From contig NW_003314455.1 of the NCBI RefSeq assembly GCF_000143415.4, positions 13,677-77,676 on the forward strand: a stretch of 64,000 nt of DNA, in the 5' to 3' direction. Made by a program: the position numbers and the translations under genes. Positions 37,260-49,911 of this stretch are shown piece after piece. Source of the DNA: Selaginella moellendorffii (taxonomy: Eukaryota; Plantae; Lycopodiophyta). Within the stretch, counting starts at the first letter, position 1; every line of letters starts with the position of its first letter. The notes under the pieces were generated by a model. The model did no database searches. It had not been told where the DNA came from and worked only from the letters and a program-made list of their open reading frames with translations.

Positions 37260-39160
37260 ATGGATCCCCAACGTCGAATCTCCTCGTGTGGCAGCGCCTA
37301 GGACGCGCTGGCCGTCTTCAATTCGATCGAGCCCAAGCACGTCTTCTCGTGGAATCTTGCTGGGCGCTTTCGCCAGCAACGGATTGATCCAGATCTCTTC
37401 GATTCTATGCCCTTGAAGGATCTCGTCTCGTGGAATTCCATGATCACCGCATTCTCGCGCACTTAAGCCAAATCTCTGTTTCCTCGTATAGGGACCTCGA
37501 ATATACTAAGAATCTCTTCCTGATGATGGTGGCATATTCCCGGGCCGGGCATATCTCGAGGCTCAACGGCTGTTTGATTCCATGCCAGCGAGAGACTTGC
37601 TGACGTGGACAACCAACTGTATTTGCCCAGACATGGCATCTGGAAGATGCTGAGTTTCACCAGATGGTGGACAAGGATCTAAGTTCATGCTGTCTGTTTA
37701 TAACTTTAATGGAAATTTAGAAGAAGCTAAGTTGATGACACAGAAGAACCTGGTGACCTGGAATGCCATGCTGACTGCATATACCTTGACCCGGCATCTC
37801 CTATTTTTGAGAATATGCCGGCCAGGAACGTTGTAACGGGCTAAGGTGACGCTGGTGATAACAGTGTCTAGTTTGGTCGAGCCCTAACCGAGTGCTGACG
37901 TGGCAAGTGGGCGAGCGAGGGTTCTTGGTCCGAGAGGGAGGATGGAAGGAGAGAAGTGTGGGCGCTGGATGTGAGTGCACGGGGGACCGCTACAACATAG
38001 TCTCTTGGATCAGCATTATTTCCAAGTGGGAATTTTCTTCAAGCATTGATTCTATGCCCCAAAAGGATCTAATCGTATGGATGCTTGCGGCATATACCCA
38101 GAGTGGGTATCTGGAAGAAGCTAATACGATCCCTCATGCGGATCTAGTTTCGTACACAACAATACTAGAGAGTTTCGTGGTGTTGTCCGTGCAATAGAAA
38201 TATACAGTGGAATGAAAGAGCACAACGTCACATATTGGACGTTGCTACTAATGGCATATTCCCAGAACGGAAAACTGGAAGATGCTAAGGTGTTATTTGA
38301 CTGGATGCCAGAGCGAAACCTGGTGACGTGGAATGCCATGCTAGCTGTATATACCCAAAGAGGCAATGGGATATCTACAATGCTGACTGGATATTCCCAG
38401 AATGGCTAGCAAAGGATACTTTGGAGGCCATGCCATATTACAATCTCGTGACTCTTCTTGTGGCATATGCCCATCTGGAAGAAACGACAACATTCTCTTT
38501 GACAAGATGGAGGAAAAGAGCCTCGTGTCATGCAATGGATGCTCTCGATATATTCCCAAGTTGGGCATCTTACAGAGAGGTGGAGTGGGTTTATAAATCA
38601 ATCCAAGAGAAGAACTTTGTCTCATGGAATTCGATGCTTTCGGATTACTCTCAGAGAGGGAATCTTTCCAAAGCTATACTCCTCTTTGACAGGATGCCGG
38701 AACGAGGCCCAGTTTCATGGACAGCTCTCTTGCAATGTATTCTCCCAACGGAAAAAATTCTAAGAACCTAGACTTATTCAAATCCATGCAAGTTGACGGT
38801 GTTAAGCCCGACGATGTAACTTTCACAAGTGTTCTAGCGGGATCGAGCCATGTTGGTGATGTTCCTGTCAGATGCTCGACTTTTCAATCGCTCTGTCTGG
38901 ATTTCGAGATGATCCCGAGCAAGCAGCAGTATGGATGCATGGTAGGATTGTTCTGCCGAGCTGGGAGAATCAGGGATGCTCGAGATCTCGTATCGAGTGC
39001 TCCATTTGTTCCAGACGAAGTAGACTGGATAAGCTTGCTCGGGAATCAGAAGAGTTTGCGAGAAAAAAATGGTGTTCAAGTGGTGGTGCAAGCTCTGGCA
39101 TTGGATTCAGACTCAACAGCGCCATTTGTCTTGCTGCCACCACCTTTTAAAGCACTTTGA
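37260..39160 (+). pseudogene. Degenerate PLS/E-class pentatricopeptide repeat gene
   Basis: MPERNLVTWNAML, FVSWNSMLSDYSQRG, GVKPDDVTFTSVL..SHVG, QQYGCMVGLFCRAGRI; multiple frameshifts and stops. Confidence 0.9.
37832..37994. mobile_element. 163-bp solo-LTR/TRIM-like insertion inside the PPR pseudogene
   Basis: TGTAACGG...CCGCTACA inverted termini; flanks ACGT/ACAT; excision restores MPARN(I/V)VSW. Confidence 0.8.
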
Positions 39161-39496
39161 TGGTATTTAGACTTTCTCAGGTAGGATCTATTTTGTAAGA
39201 AAACAGTAATTGCGGTTTGGAAAGAAAATGATTTAGTAGTCTCTTGGGAGCTTTCGTATATAAATTAGAGAAATTGTCTACCATCTCTGGAGCGTTTCTC
39301 AAAACCTGAGGACAACACTCAAAACTTGGCAGTATTTGTGCCAGATAGAGATTGAAGGGTCACGGGACACAATCCAAGACGCGTTTGTTCAAACCGAAAT
39401 TCATATATAAAAGTCAGCCGAAGAACACATTACCCAAAACAAGCAAAGAGTCATAGCTTTTCAAGCTATTCCTTCTATAGAGCTACTTAAAAAACC

Positions 39497-40640
<1,144 letters not shown>

Positions 40641-40689
40641 AAGTTTGATCAGTTGAAAATCAGTTGTTGTATGTCATTTTAAATTGATA

Positions 40690-40773
40690 TAGAATCTTCT
40701 GGAATATCACTTTTCTAGAATATTCTAGGATGTATTGGAACACTCTAGAGTTGTCCATGGCTCTGTATAAATG
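40690..40773 (+). promoter_or_regulatory. Heat-shock element array + TATA box
   Basis: GAAtcTTCtgGAA and TTCtaGAAtaTTCta nGAAn inverted arrays, then TATAAAT, upstream of the sHSP ATG. Confidence 0.85.
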
Positions 40774-40847
40774 TGGAGCAGTCTCTTGGCCCGAGCATCG
40801 ATCAATAGAAAGTCACAAATTTCTTCTTCGTCTTCTAAGTTCCAGAC

Positions 40848-41294
40848 ATGGCTTTGCATTTCTATGGTGGCAATGGCAGCAGCATCTTCGATCCCTTCGA
40901 GGAGCTCTCGTCGATCTTGGCTGGTGGCCACGAGCCGTCGAAGCAGATGGCCAGGGATGCGAGCGCCGTCGCCAACACTCGCGTGGATTGGCTCGAGACG
41001 CCCGAAGCGCACGTCTTCAAGGCCGATCTCCCGGGGCTGAGCAAGGAGGAGGTGAAGATCAGCATGGAGGATGGCCGCACTCTCCAGATCAGTGGCGAGA
41101 GGAAGAAGCACGAGGCACAGAAGAGCGATAAGTGGCACCGCGTGGAGCGCAGCTATGGGAGCTTCCTGAGGAAATTCCGACTGCCCGAGAGCGCCAACGT
41201 GAATGCGATCAAAGCCCAAGTGGAGAACGGCGTCCTTACCGTCACAGTTCCAAAAATCCCCAAGCCACAGCCGAGAACCATCCAAGTAGAGTAG
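40848..41294 (+). CDS. Class I small heat-shock protein (HSP20)
   Basis: [50 protein letters not shown]. Confidence 0.97.
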   Translation: MALHFYGGNGSSIFDPFEELSSILAGGHEPSKQMARDASAVANTRVDWLETPEAHVFKADLPGLSKEEVKISMEDGRTLQISGERKKHEAQKSDKWHRVERSYGSFLRKFRLPESANVNAIKAQVENGVLTVTVPKIPKPQPRTIQVE

Positions 41295-41605
41295 GAAGTG
41301 TGATCTTGTAAATTAGGGGTCTTGAGAAAGAGAATGGGAAAAGTCAAATAAAGAGCCCCCTTTTTTCTTACACTCGATGACGTCCCTGTTGATGGTCTTT
41401 CCGTTTGTTAGAAAACAGCTATCTTGAGTGGTCTAAGGGGGGATACCTGCATTCCAATTCGAACCCCACAGCCAGCAAACTGAACTTTCCCATTTATTTA
41501 TAACTGAACGTGTAGATCATGGGGACGTTCATTGTCTTTGTAAGATCGTGACCATGTCCTTCAAGACCTTTAAAAGCGTCATGTATGAGAACCACATTTT
41601 AAGCC

Positions 41606-42164
41606 ATGGAGAGATCAAATGCAACACCACTTTTCTTGCTGGTGCTAGTAGCCTTGTCCTCTTTGGCACAAGCAGAGTACAAGCTTGGAATTCCTCTCCA
41701 AAAGTATAGCCACAGTTCTTCTCAATATGAGAAGCCCGCAGCATACAAACAGGTAGCAATAGAAGGCTTCGTCTACTGCCATGGGAGCCAGAGAAAACCT
41801 CTAGAAGGTTTGTTTAAAGTGTGTTGTCATGATAGACTTCGATCTTCCTCTTCCAGGGGCTGCCGTGGGAGCCGTGTCATCGGAGAGCAATCGCTACGTC
41901 GGAGCCAAGACAAATTCTTATGGCTACTTCTACATTCCTCTCAACTATGACAGGCCCAAGAAGCCCGTGAATCCAAAATCCTGGAGAGTTTTCCTTGTCT
42001 CCTCCCCGGATCAAACTTGCAGTGTCAAAACCAACACTGGAAATGGCAAAACGGGAGCTTTTCTAGCTCGCAGCAAGTCATTTTCAGATCGCATCCTTTA
42101 CACCGTTGGCCCATTCGAGTTTATGCCATTGCCTCCAGGGTACACACAATCCCCCAACTATTGA
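41606..42164 (+). CDS. Short secreted Ole e 1 domain protein (no long repeat), 2 exons
   Basis: Signal peptide, [14 protein letters not shown]/, TNSYGYFYI, VSSPDQTC, VGPFEF. Confidence 0.85.
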
Positions 42165-42394
42165 CGTGTTGTGTAGAATCGTTGATACTCAAGCAAGTGA
42201 ATGAACGCTTGTCATTTTATTAATAATATTGTATGACTTTCATTTTGTTTTTACGAATTTATTTCTTAGAGCGTCAATTTCTTTTTTGGATATTAGATGG
42301 ATATTCGATTCTTAAATGATTGTTTTGATTTCTAAATTGTTTATGTACTATCTGTTCCATATAAACTGCTGAAACAATTAGAGAAAGCCTAGAC

Positions 42395-43279
42395 ATGCAG
42401 ACAAAAGTATTTATCTTCGCATTCCTATTTATAAATTTGTGCTTTAGCATTAGAAGGCGTTACCAATATCCAAATGCAATTAGTTTGGTTTTGAGGCAAA
42501 CTGTTATAATGGAAGAAGTTTTTAAACTTCTTAGGGACGTTAGCCAGGTAGAATTTGATTATTATAGAGGATTTTCATATGGCACTCTATTAAAACTTGA
42601 AGATGGAAGGATCATGAGTGTAGATATTGGATGGTTAAATTCTCAAAGAAAATGGTATTCTTTTGATATGTGTAATATCTTTCCAAATTGGGGGTTTACT
42701 ACTACTGGTGCAGCACTAGCATCTGAAATGATGACAATAGTGAAGAAATATGTAGTAACTGATCAAGTAACTTATGGTTCTGCTAAATATACAGCGGGGA
42801 GATACATGATTTCATATGTTATTGATGATCCAAGTCATGAAAATATTAAAAGCTTATCAAATTTCTCTAGTCAAACTAAAATAGTTGAGGTTGTGGAACA
42901 TAATTGTGACTTGTATAAAACATGTATTCAAAGCGGTCCAATATATACAAGTTTTTCTAAGCTTACTGCTGGGAATTATCTCCAATCCTTAAATACATTT
43001 TACACTGTGCACATGCAACATGACTGCAGATTAGTCATTTACCATGGTCCAGAAGAATTATGGGGCACGAAAACTCAAAACAAAGGTAATGGTTGCTATC
43101 TTCAGATGCAAAAAGATTGCAACTTAGTGATATATGATGAACATGGAAATGTTGTGTGGACATATAATATTTATTGGACAAATAAGTGGCTTCCTTGTGC
43201 ATTTTGTATAGAGGATGATGGATTTGTTGCAGTTTATAACACTCAAGAGCAAATTAATATATGGAGATCAAATAATTAA
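42395..43279 (+). CDS. Intronless protein: signal-like N-terminus + unrecognised ~160-aa domain + bulb-type (GNA) lectin domain
   Basis: MQHDCRLVIY, MQKDCNLVIY (QxDxNxVxY), LWGTKT, IWRSN. Confidence 0.8.
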   Translation: MQTKVFIFAFLFINLCFSIRRRYQYPNAISLVLRQTVIMEEVFKLLRDVSQVEFDYYRGFSYGTLLKLEDGRIMSVDIGWLNSQRKWYSFDMCNIFPNWGFTTTGAALASEMMTIVKKYVVTDQVTYGSAKYTAGRYMISYVIDDPSHENIKSLSNFSSQTKIVEVVEHNCDLYKTCIQSGPIYTSFSKLTAGNYLQSLNTFYTVHMQHDCRLVIYHGPEELWGTKTQNKGNGCYLQMQKDCNLVIYDEHGNVVWTYNIYWTNKWLPCAFCIEDDGFVAVYNTQEQINIWRSNN

Positions 43280-43429
43280 TCTTAATAGTTTATATGCTTA
43301 TTTTTCTTAATTATATTTATAATAAAAAATTCCTCTAGAAATCTTACTATAAAGCTTAGGAATAGTGTTACTAGTCAAAAAAATGCTAGAGGTGTTCTTT
43401 TCTTGAACAATTAAAATCCATGGTTGGAA

Positions 43430-44975
43430 ATCTAGGGTGGCAAGCTCCATATGGAGCAGATGAGACTATAACATAGAAGTTGAAACTATTATAATTTCCC
43501 CAAATTCTCTAGTCAAATTAAAACAGTTGAGGCTGTTGTATAAGTATTCAAGGAGGTCCAAAATATTCAAGTTTTTCCAAGCATACTATACTGAAGGCAA
43601 AAAGTTATAATGGAATAAATTAAAATTTATTAAGGATGTTATAAGCTGAATAGAATTTATTATTATGCAGATTTTATATAGTAGTCTAAGAGGATGCATT
43701 CAGGAAATGACTTGTTGCAATCCTGTCTACTGTTGGTATTGACATTGCAAACTTAATTTAAGGACACAAGAAAAACTCTCTAAGATGTTGAATTCACAGG
43801 TTTGTATAGTTGGGAAGAATGCACAGGTATTTGTAATAGAGTCATTGCTCTTGAGGGACATAGCTGCCACAGCACCCTCTTGGGAAGAGAAAATTTACAA
43901 AATTTAACTTCTCTTTGTGTCTATGGCAATCTCTTTGTTTGTATGTTGTGGCACAAACTCACAGCTTAAAATGATCTACATGGTTGTCTTTCCTTAGTTT
44001 TATCAGTTCAAAATGTAGAAATTAAGAAGTGACAAACAAAGATGATATTATTTAATTTGATGGCTATAAGGTTGGAACCCACACACATTGGAATCACCCC
44101 ATGTGAAGAATAGTAGCCTATACTCTATATAAGTTATATAACTCATTAAAAATCTTGGCAATCTTCGAGCGCTGCTTCTATTAGCAAAATTAGTGTTGAT
44201 GAAGAGTAAATTTCATAGCAAGATCCATTCTATCTTGCTAGACCTTGAGAATTTGTATTTTCCACTAGATTCACTATCTAGCTAAAAGAGATGAAACTAT
44301 TCTTTGGATTATATCCATCCAAGGAGGATCAACATTAATATATGAAATCATATACCTCCCGATAGCAAAACCAAAATTCATGTCATTGTGAAATACATAT
44401 TTCTTCATTACTTCCATATTGCTACACCACAATTAGTGATACCCCAATTTGGAAAGTTCACACACACATATGATAGAGTAATTTGAGAATTTATTTGTTC
44501 AATTGAAGATGGAAGGAAGATGAGTGTAGATACTTATACCATACATGACTCCAAAATACAAACAATCTTCCAACTATTGATGTTGTGTGCAAAGCTCTTG
44601 ATAAATATTTTGTATAGTTTTTTTATTTTGATTTCTAATGAGATTTAATATAAAATTTAACTCCTCTCTTTTGTTTATAAAATTATGATGTAGTATTATG
44701 TATGCTACCAATATCCAAATGAGAATTTTCTCCAATCTTTAAATAGGTTTTATACTGTATACATGATCATTTACCAGGGGCACCAAAACTGAAAACAAAG
44801 GTGATGGTTTCTATCTTCAAATGCAGAAAGATTGTAACCTAGTGATATATGATGAAAATGGAAACACATATAAATAATTATTAGACAAATAAGTGGCTTC
44901 CTTGTGCTTTTTGTATAGATGATGATGGATTTGCTGCAGTTTATAACACTCAAGAGCAAGCTCGTATATGAAAAT
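43430..44975 (+). pseudogene. Fragmented copies of the lectin gene
   Basis: aaattctctagtcaaattaaaacagttgagg (~43502), ttgaagatggaaggaagatgagtgtagata (~44503) and atgcagaaagattgtaacctagtgatatatgatgaa..caaataagtggcttccttgtgc (~44820-44910) match 42597-43260. Confidence 0.85.
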
Positions 44976-45274
44976 CATCTCAATATAATGTGTTTAGTTT
45001 TCTAATTTGATTTCTAGTAAAAGAAAAGAAACAAAGAGGAACAAAGGTGAATCTTTTCTTCCACAGTCCATGGCCGGCTTAACTCGAAAATTTTAGGGCG
45101 GCGAGCGCCACATGGAGAGCGTGTCGGCCGATTCCTTTCTCTCTCGCGCTATTTACAATTTAAAAGAACTGCAACGCCAAAGAGGAAGGAACAAAGAAGT
45201 TTGGTTGGCCGCGCGATCTAAAAGAAACAAGGTAGAGCGCGTAGCAATAGTTTCATTCGATCTCTTTTGGTCAG

Positions 45275-46138
45275 ATGGTGAATCCAGTGGCATATGCAAA
45301 TTCTCGGGGAGCAATAGATAGAATGGATCTCCTCCACAACCGCAATGAAAATTCGCTCTCCACCGACGCTGATTCCGCCGGCAGCAGCAACGGCGGCGGC
45401 GGCCCGAAGATCGCCAAGAAGATCGATCGTTTCTTGGACAGAAGCAAGAAATCTTTGGTGAGTTCCTTCAAGGATCTGGGCTACCTCCACCAAATCGACG
45501 AAGAAGAGGGCGATCGTCACCACGTCCCCTTTCAATCGATCACCAGAGGCAAAACCGGGGGCATGAAAGAATGCCTTGCGTGCCTGGGAATGGCCGCGGC
45601 CCTCACGGTCGTCATGGCTGGGATGTTTGGGATCATCCTGCTGCTCGCATTCCACCCAAAATCGCCCACCGTCTCGATCGATCGCGTCTCTAACGGCACA
45701 CTCTTCCTCTTCGCCGAGTCCACCACCATCCTCGTCGCGCGACTCAACCTCACGCTCCTCGCCAGGAACCCAAACGCCAACGCAGAGATGAGATTCGAAC
45801 CCTCGTCGCTTGGGCTTTGGTTTGGGGATCGAAACCTGGGCCGGGTCCAGGTGCGAGCGTTCACACAGCCGGCAAGGATGGGAAGTACGCCCTTTCTTGC
45901 GGTCATAGATTCTACCACCAATCTCACCGGGAGTGGAGTGGAGCAAAAGATAAGGGCGGAGTTTCGGCAACAAAATGCCACGTTTGGGCTCTTGGGGTCT
46001 CTGCGCGTCCAGAGAAGGGTGGCAAGTGTGGTGCCGTCCAATGCAGTTGTAAATGTCAACTGTAGCATGAGTTTTAGTCCCAGTTTTCCACCAGTAATCC
46101 TTGCAAAAAATTGCTTGGGCGGAGCAGCTGAGTGGTAA
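45275..46138 (+). CDS. LEA_2 / NDR1-HIN1-like type II membrane protein
   Basis: TM helix followed by FHPKSPTVSI, LLARNPN, VVNVNCSM..KNC; intronless. Confidence 0.85.
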   Translation: MVNPVAYANSRGAIDRMDLLHNRNENSLSTDADSAGSSNGGGGPKIAKKIDRFLDRSKKSLVSSFKDLGYLHQIDEEEGDRHHVPFQSITRGKTGGMKECLACLGMAAALTVVMAGMFGIILLLAFHPKSPTVSIDRVSNGTLFLFAESTTILVARLNLTLLARNPNANAEMRFEPSSLGLWFGDRNLGRVQVRAFTQPARMGSTPFLAVIDSTTNLTGSGVEQKIRAEFRQQNATFGLLGSLRVQRRVASVVPSNAVVNVNCSMSFSPSFPPVILAKNCLGGAAEW

Positions 46139-46309
46139 AAGTGAAATTCCAATTCTTATACAGTCAAAGGTTATGGAAACATTTGGACTATTAAGGAAAA
46201 AAATGTAAAAATAAAAAAGGAGTCAAAAAGGAAAGTATTAAAACTTCGTCAAAATTGGGTGATTGTTCATACTTTGGTCTCACTAAAAACTTCAGGAACC
46301 AAGGCTTGT

Positions 46310-46670
46310 GATCAGGTTGGATGGATTACACAAATTCTTGGCAGGAGCTCACACACCTCAGCAAGCCAGATGGAATTGTGAATCCCGAGTTCTTGGAGGA
46401 GATTTCACCAAGAACACAGTCAAGTTTGACAGGGGTTCCCAGTTCAATTTCGATAACTGGTACTTGGAGCAGAGGAACGGTCTTCTCACCTCTGACCAAG
46501 ACCTCTTTGAGAGTCAACTCAGACTGGTGAATTTTTAGGTGGACAATCCTGGCACCCTGGACTTCGGGCAGTCCAAGATGGGAAACATTGTGGAGGACGA
46601 GAGAAAATGGAGAGATCAAGAGGTCTGTAATGTAGCAAACAGCGACTCCTATTCACAGTAAGTTTGATTA
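46310..46670 (+). pseudogene. Second, deleted copy of the peroxidase 3' exon
   Basis: Matches 40170-40650 (ttacacaaattcttggcaggagctcacac; cagcgactc.tattcacagtaagtttgat). Confidence 0.9.
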
Positions 46671-46699
46671 CTTGAAAACTAAAATTGTATTATGATTTT

Positions 46700-46890
46700 A
46701 AGTTGATTTAGAATCTTCTGGACTATTCTAGAATAGTTTTGAATGTCATGGCTCTGTGAGCGATCTCTTGATCAATAGCAAGTCACAAATTTCTTCTTCG
46801 TCTTCCAGGTTCCATACAACAGTGCTGGACGAGCCGTTGCCACCAGCTGAAGATGCTGTTGCCATTGCCACCATAGAAATGCAAAGCCTA
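46700..46890. pseudogene. HSP20 promoter/5'UTR copy (+) followed by an inverted HSP20 5' coding fragment (-)
   Basis: HSE-like agaatcttctggactattctagaata; aagtcacaaatttcttcttcgtcttc; gccattgccaccatagaaatgcaaagcc is the reverse complement of 40850-40877. Confidence 0.85.
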
Positions 46891-46989
46891 TCCTCTAGAA
46901 GATCTTGTGTTTAAAATCTGTACAGGTGTAGAGCGGTGGCAAAAGACCACAAAACATATTATGAACATAACAATGGAAATGGCAAAATT

Positions 46990-47640
46990 GGAACTTTTTC
47001 AAGCTTACAGTAAGTCATTTCTGGATGTGTCCTCTATACTGTTGCCCCATTTGAGTCGATCCCACTGCACCGGCCTCCCATCTAAAAGATCATATGATCA
47101 TTCGAGAGGAAAAGTTCACATGTTTTCAAAATTGACACAAAGAGATGCTAACTTTTCTAACCTAGCCCTAAATATTTGAAAGTTTCAAAGTATTGAAAAT
47201 TTCAAAGTGGCAGCAATGACAATTGTATCGGCACATGACACCACTTCAGGGCAGGCTTTCTCCAATCTTCTCTGTGGAATCCCGAGGTAAATTGTTGTTT
47301 GGAAGGGAGAACTTCTCAACGTTGGTACCATCTGTTGGAGTTCATCGAGAAGGCGTTGTGAGTTTATCACAAATCCAAGAACGCTATCTACGATAATCGG
47401 AGAGAGACGTTAACGAAGGAGTCGTGAAAGTGCAAGCGTATCAGTCCCGTTGGATCGCGATTGGCATAATCACTGATCATGTCGCGGATGATCCGCTCCG
47501 CATTGGGAGAAGTTTGTGCGTAGCTGTGTCCAAATTCAATTGGGTGTGACAAAGCCCCTTGAAGCTGAATGAAAGAAAAATGATCAAGAATCGATTGCTC
47601 TAAGGAAGCCATGAAAGTAGCTCTATAGAAAGAATAACTT
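46990..47640 (-). pseudogene. Inverted copy of the peroxidase 5' exons
   Basis: [57 protein letters not shown]; intron matches 39950-40010. Confidence 0.9.
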
Positions 47641-47985
47641 CACGATCGACAAATCTTTGCTTGTTATGGGCAATATGACCTTTATAATGTCCATACCGCC
47701 GTCGTAGCTGCTAGCTGCCCCCAATTGTTTCCAGGAGAGTCTTGCACTCCGACGCTCCAGAAGCTCTTATACGATGAAGACATGCATGATTTCGGGGCAG
47801 CTATCAGTTGGTGTGTTTTGGTATTCCCTGCTCTGTATCTTAGTAGTTTGTTGCGCCATGCAATTCGTCTGGATTGATCTCCTCCGTGTCCAAGTGGTAC
47901 TTGGTGTTGGTTTAAGTAGTCTGCACTGCGTCCAGAATTTTTTAATATGAAGCAGGACTAAGTTTATAGTCTATTGGAGTCATAT

Positions 47986-48010
47986 TCATCATCATCATCA
48001 TCATCATCAT
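47986..48010. repeat. (TCA)8 microsatellite downstream of the NRT2 stop
   Basis: tcatcatcatcatcatcatcatcat. Confidence 0.9.
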
Positions 48011-48040
48011 CCCAAGGGAGAGAACAACAGCTAATATATA

Positions 48041-49911
48041 TCATAGAATGGGGTTGACCACCGCGCTGGGCTGAAGTTGTGACGACGCACCTGATCGCAT
48101 CCGTCCTCTCTCCGAGTGAGAGTTCTCTGCAAACTTGAGTGCTGTGAGGTGCATCCCTTTGGCCTTCTCCTCCTCGCTCCACTCGGCGAGATAGTACGCC
48201 TCTTCGGTGGCTCCAGGATCGCTCGACGCCCTGCAAAGCATCCCTCCCCACTGCGGGAAGTAGACGCCCAGCAGCGCTAGCGAGCATCCCACGCTCATGG
48301 CGCCCATGAGACTAAACCCGGCCTCGAACGAGAAGGTCTCGTTGGTGAAGAAGATGAGCTGCGTCACCACTCCGCCCAGGTTGCCGCCACCCCCCGTGAG
48401 CCCCGCGAGAACTCCCAGCGATCGTCTCGACACGAACGGGACGATCCCAAACGTCGCACCGCACGCCGCCTGGAGGAAGATGGAGAAGAGGATGACGATG
48501 CCTATGGCAGTCCCGAGGGTGTTCATGAAGCCCAGCAGCACACACATGAGTCCCCCGACTGTCTGGAAGAGGAAGAGGATCCAGAGGCGGCCGCGCATGC
48601 CGTAGGAGCGCGCGATCACGTCCGAGAGGATGCCGCCCATGGGGCGGGAGATGAAGTTGGCGAGGCCAAAGATGGAGGCGACGATGCCGGCGGTGCCGAG
48701 GTGGAGGCCGAACTCGTCGTAGAAGTACTCGGCGATGTTGTTAAAGACAGTGAGCTCCACGCCAAAGCTGTAGCCATAGACGAAGGCAAAGAGCCAGGTG
48801 CGATAGTTCTTGGCTGCGTTGCGAAGCACCTGTAGAAAAAGTAAAAAAGTTTAGTACAAGGAAGAGCAAAGTCAACATGCCCAAGAGCAAAAGTAAAAAA
48901 AACGTGAAAGCATCTCTACATGATCGAATGCATTTTTCTACGCTACAAAACTTATCTAGCAACATTTTTTTGCCTAGATCAGAGCAGAGCAGTGACGCCC
49001 ATGGACAGAGCTTTTCTCTGCTCTACAAAATCTCAAAGCCAAAACAGCGTTAGCGGCAAGCAAGAGTCGAGATCCAGAGAGACTAGCTTACGTACCTTGC
49101 CAAAGCTGTCCTTGGTTTTGTGGCCCTGCTCCTTGAGATCGCGATAGTTCCCATCCGGGAGATCCTGGCCCAGGATCAGCACCGCCAGCCCCATGAACAC
49201 ATGCATCAGCCCCGGCACATAGAAGGCGATCCTCCAGGCCGTGAAATCGTTGGCTCCAAACTTGAGGATGAGCTGGTAGAGCAGCGGCATGAGAAGCTGC
49301 GTGACTCCGCCCCCAAAATCCCCCCAGCCTCCGGTGAATCCATTCGCCATGCCCACGATCTTGGTGTTGAACATGGTGCTCATCCAGAACTGGCACGAGA
49401 CGAAGGTGGCGAGCGAGAATCCGATGCAAAACCTCACGATGATGAATCCGGTGGGATCGGAGACGAGCGGCATGCAGAAGACCGGCGGGGCGGTGATCAT
49501 GATGAGGATGGCGCAGCCGTAGCGCGGGCCGACGAGATCGCACACCGGGCCCATGAGGAAGCGCGAGAGGATGGAGCCGGAGATGGAGGCGATGGAGGCG
49601 CGGCCGACGTCGAGCTTGGTGAGGTCGAGGTTGTCGCGGATCACCGGGATGAGCGGCGGCGCCGCGAAGGTGGAGGTGAAGCAAGTGAAGAAGGCGATCC
49701 ACGAGAGGTGGAAGCTTCTCATGTGGGGCTGCGCGAAGGAGAAGAGATCGAGCTTCTTGGCCTTGTGCTCGGAATCCACTGGGAGCCGGAACTTGGGAGC
49801 CGGATTGCGATGCTGCTGCTGCGATGGAGATGGAGGAGGCGGCGAGAGATCGATGTCGACGAATCGCTGCGGCATTTCGATGGCGCCGGAGGAATTCACT
49901 GGGGATGCCAT
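48041..49911 (-). CDS. NRT2: High-affinity nitrate transporter NRT2 family (intron 48830-49095)
   Basis: [76 protein letters not shown]. Confidence 0.96.
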
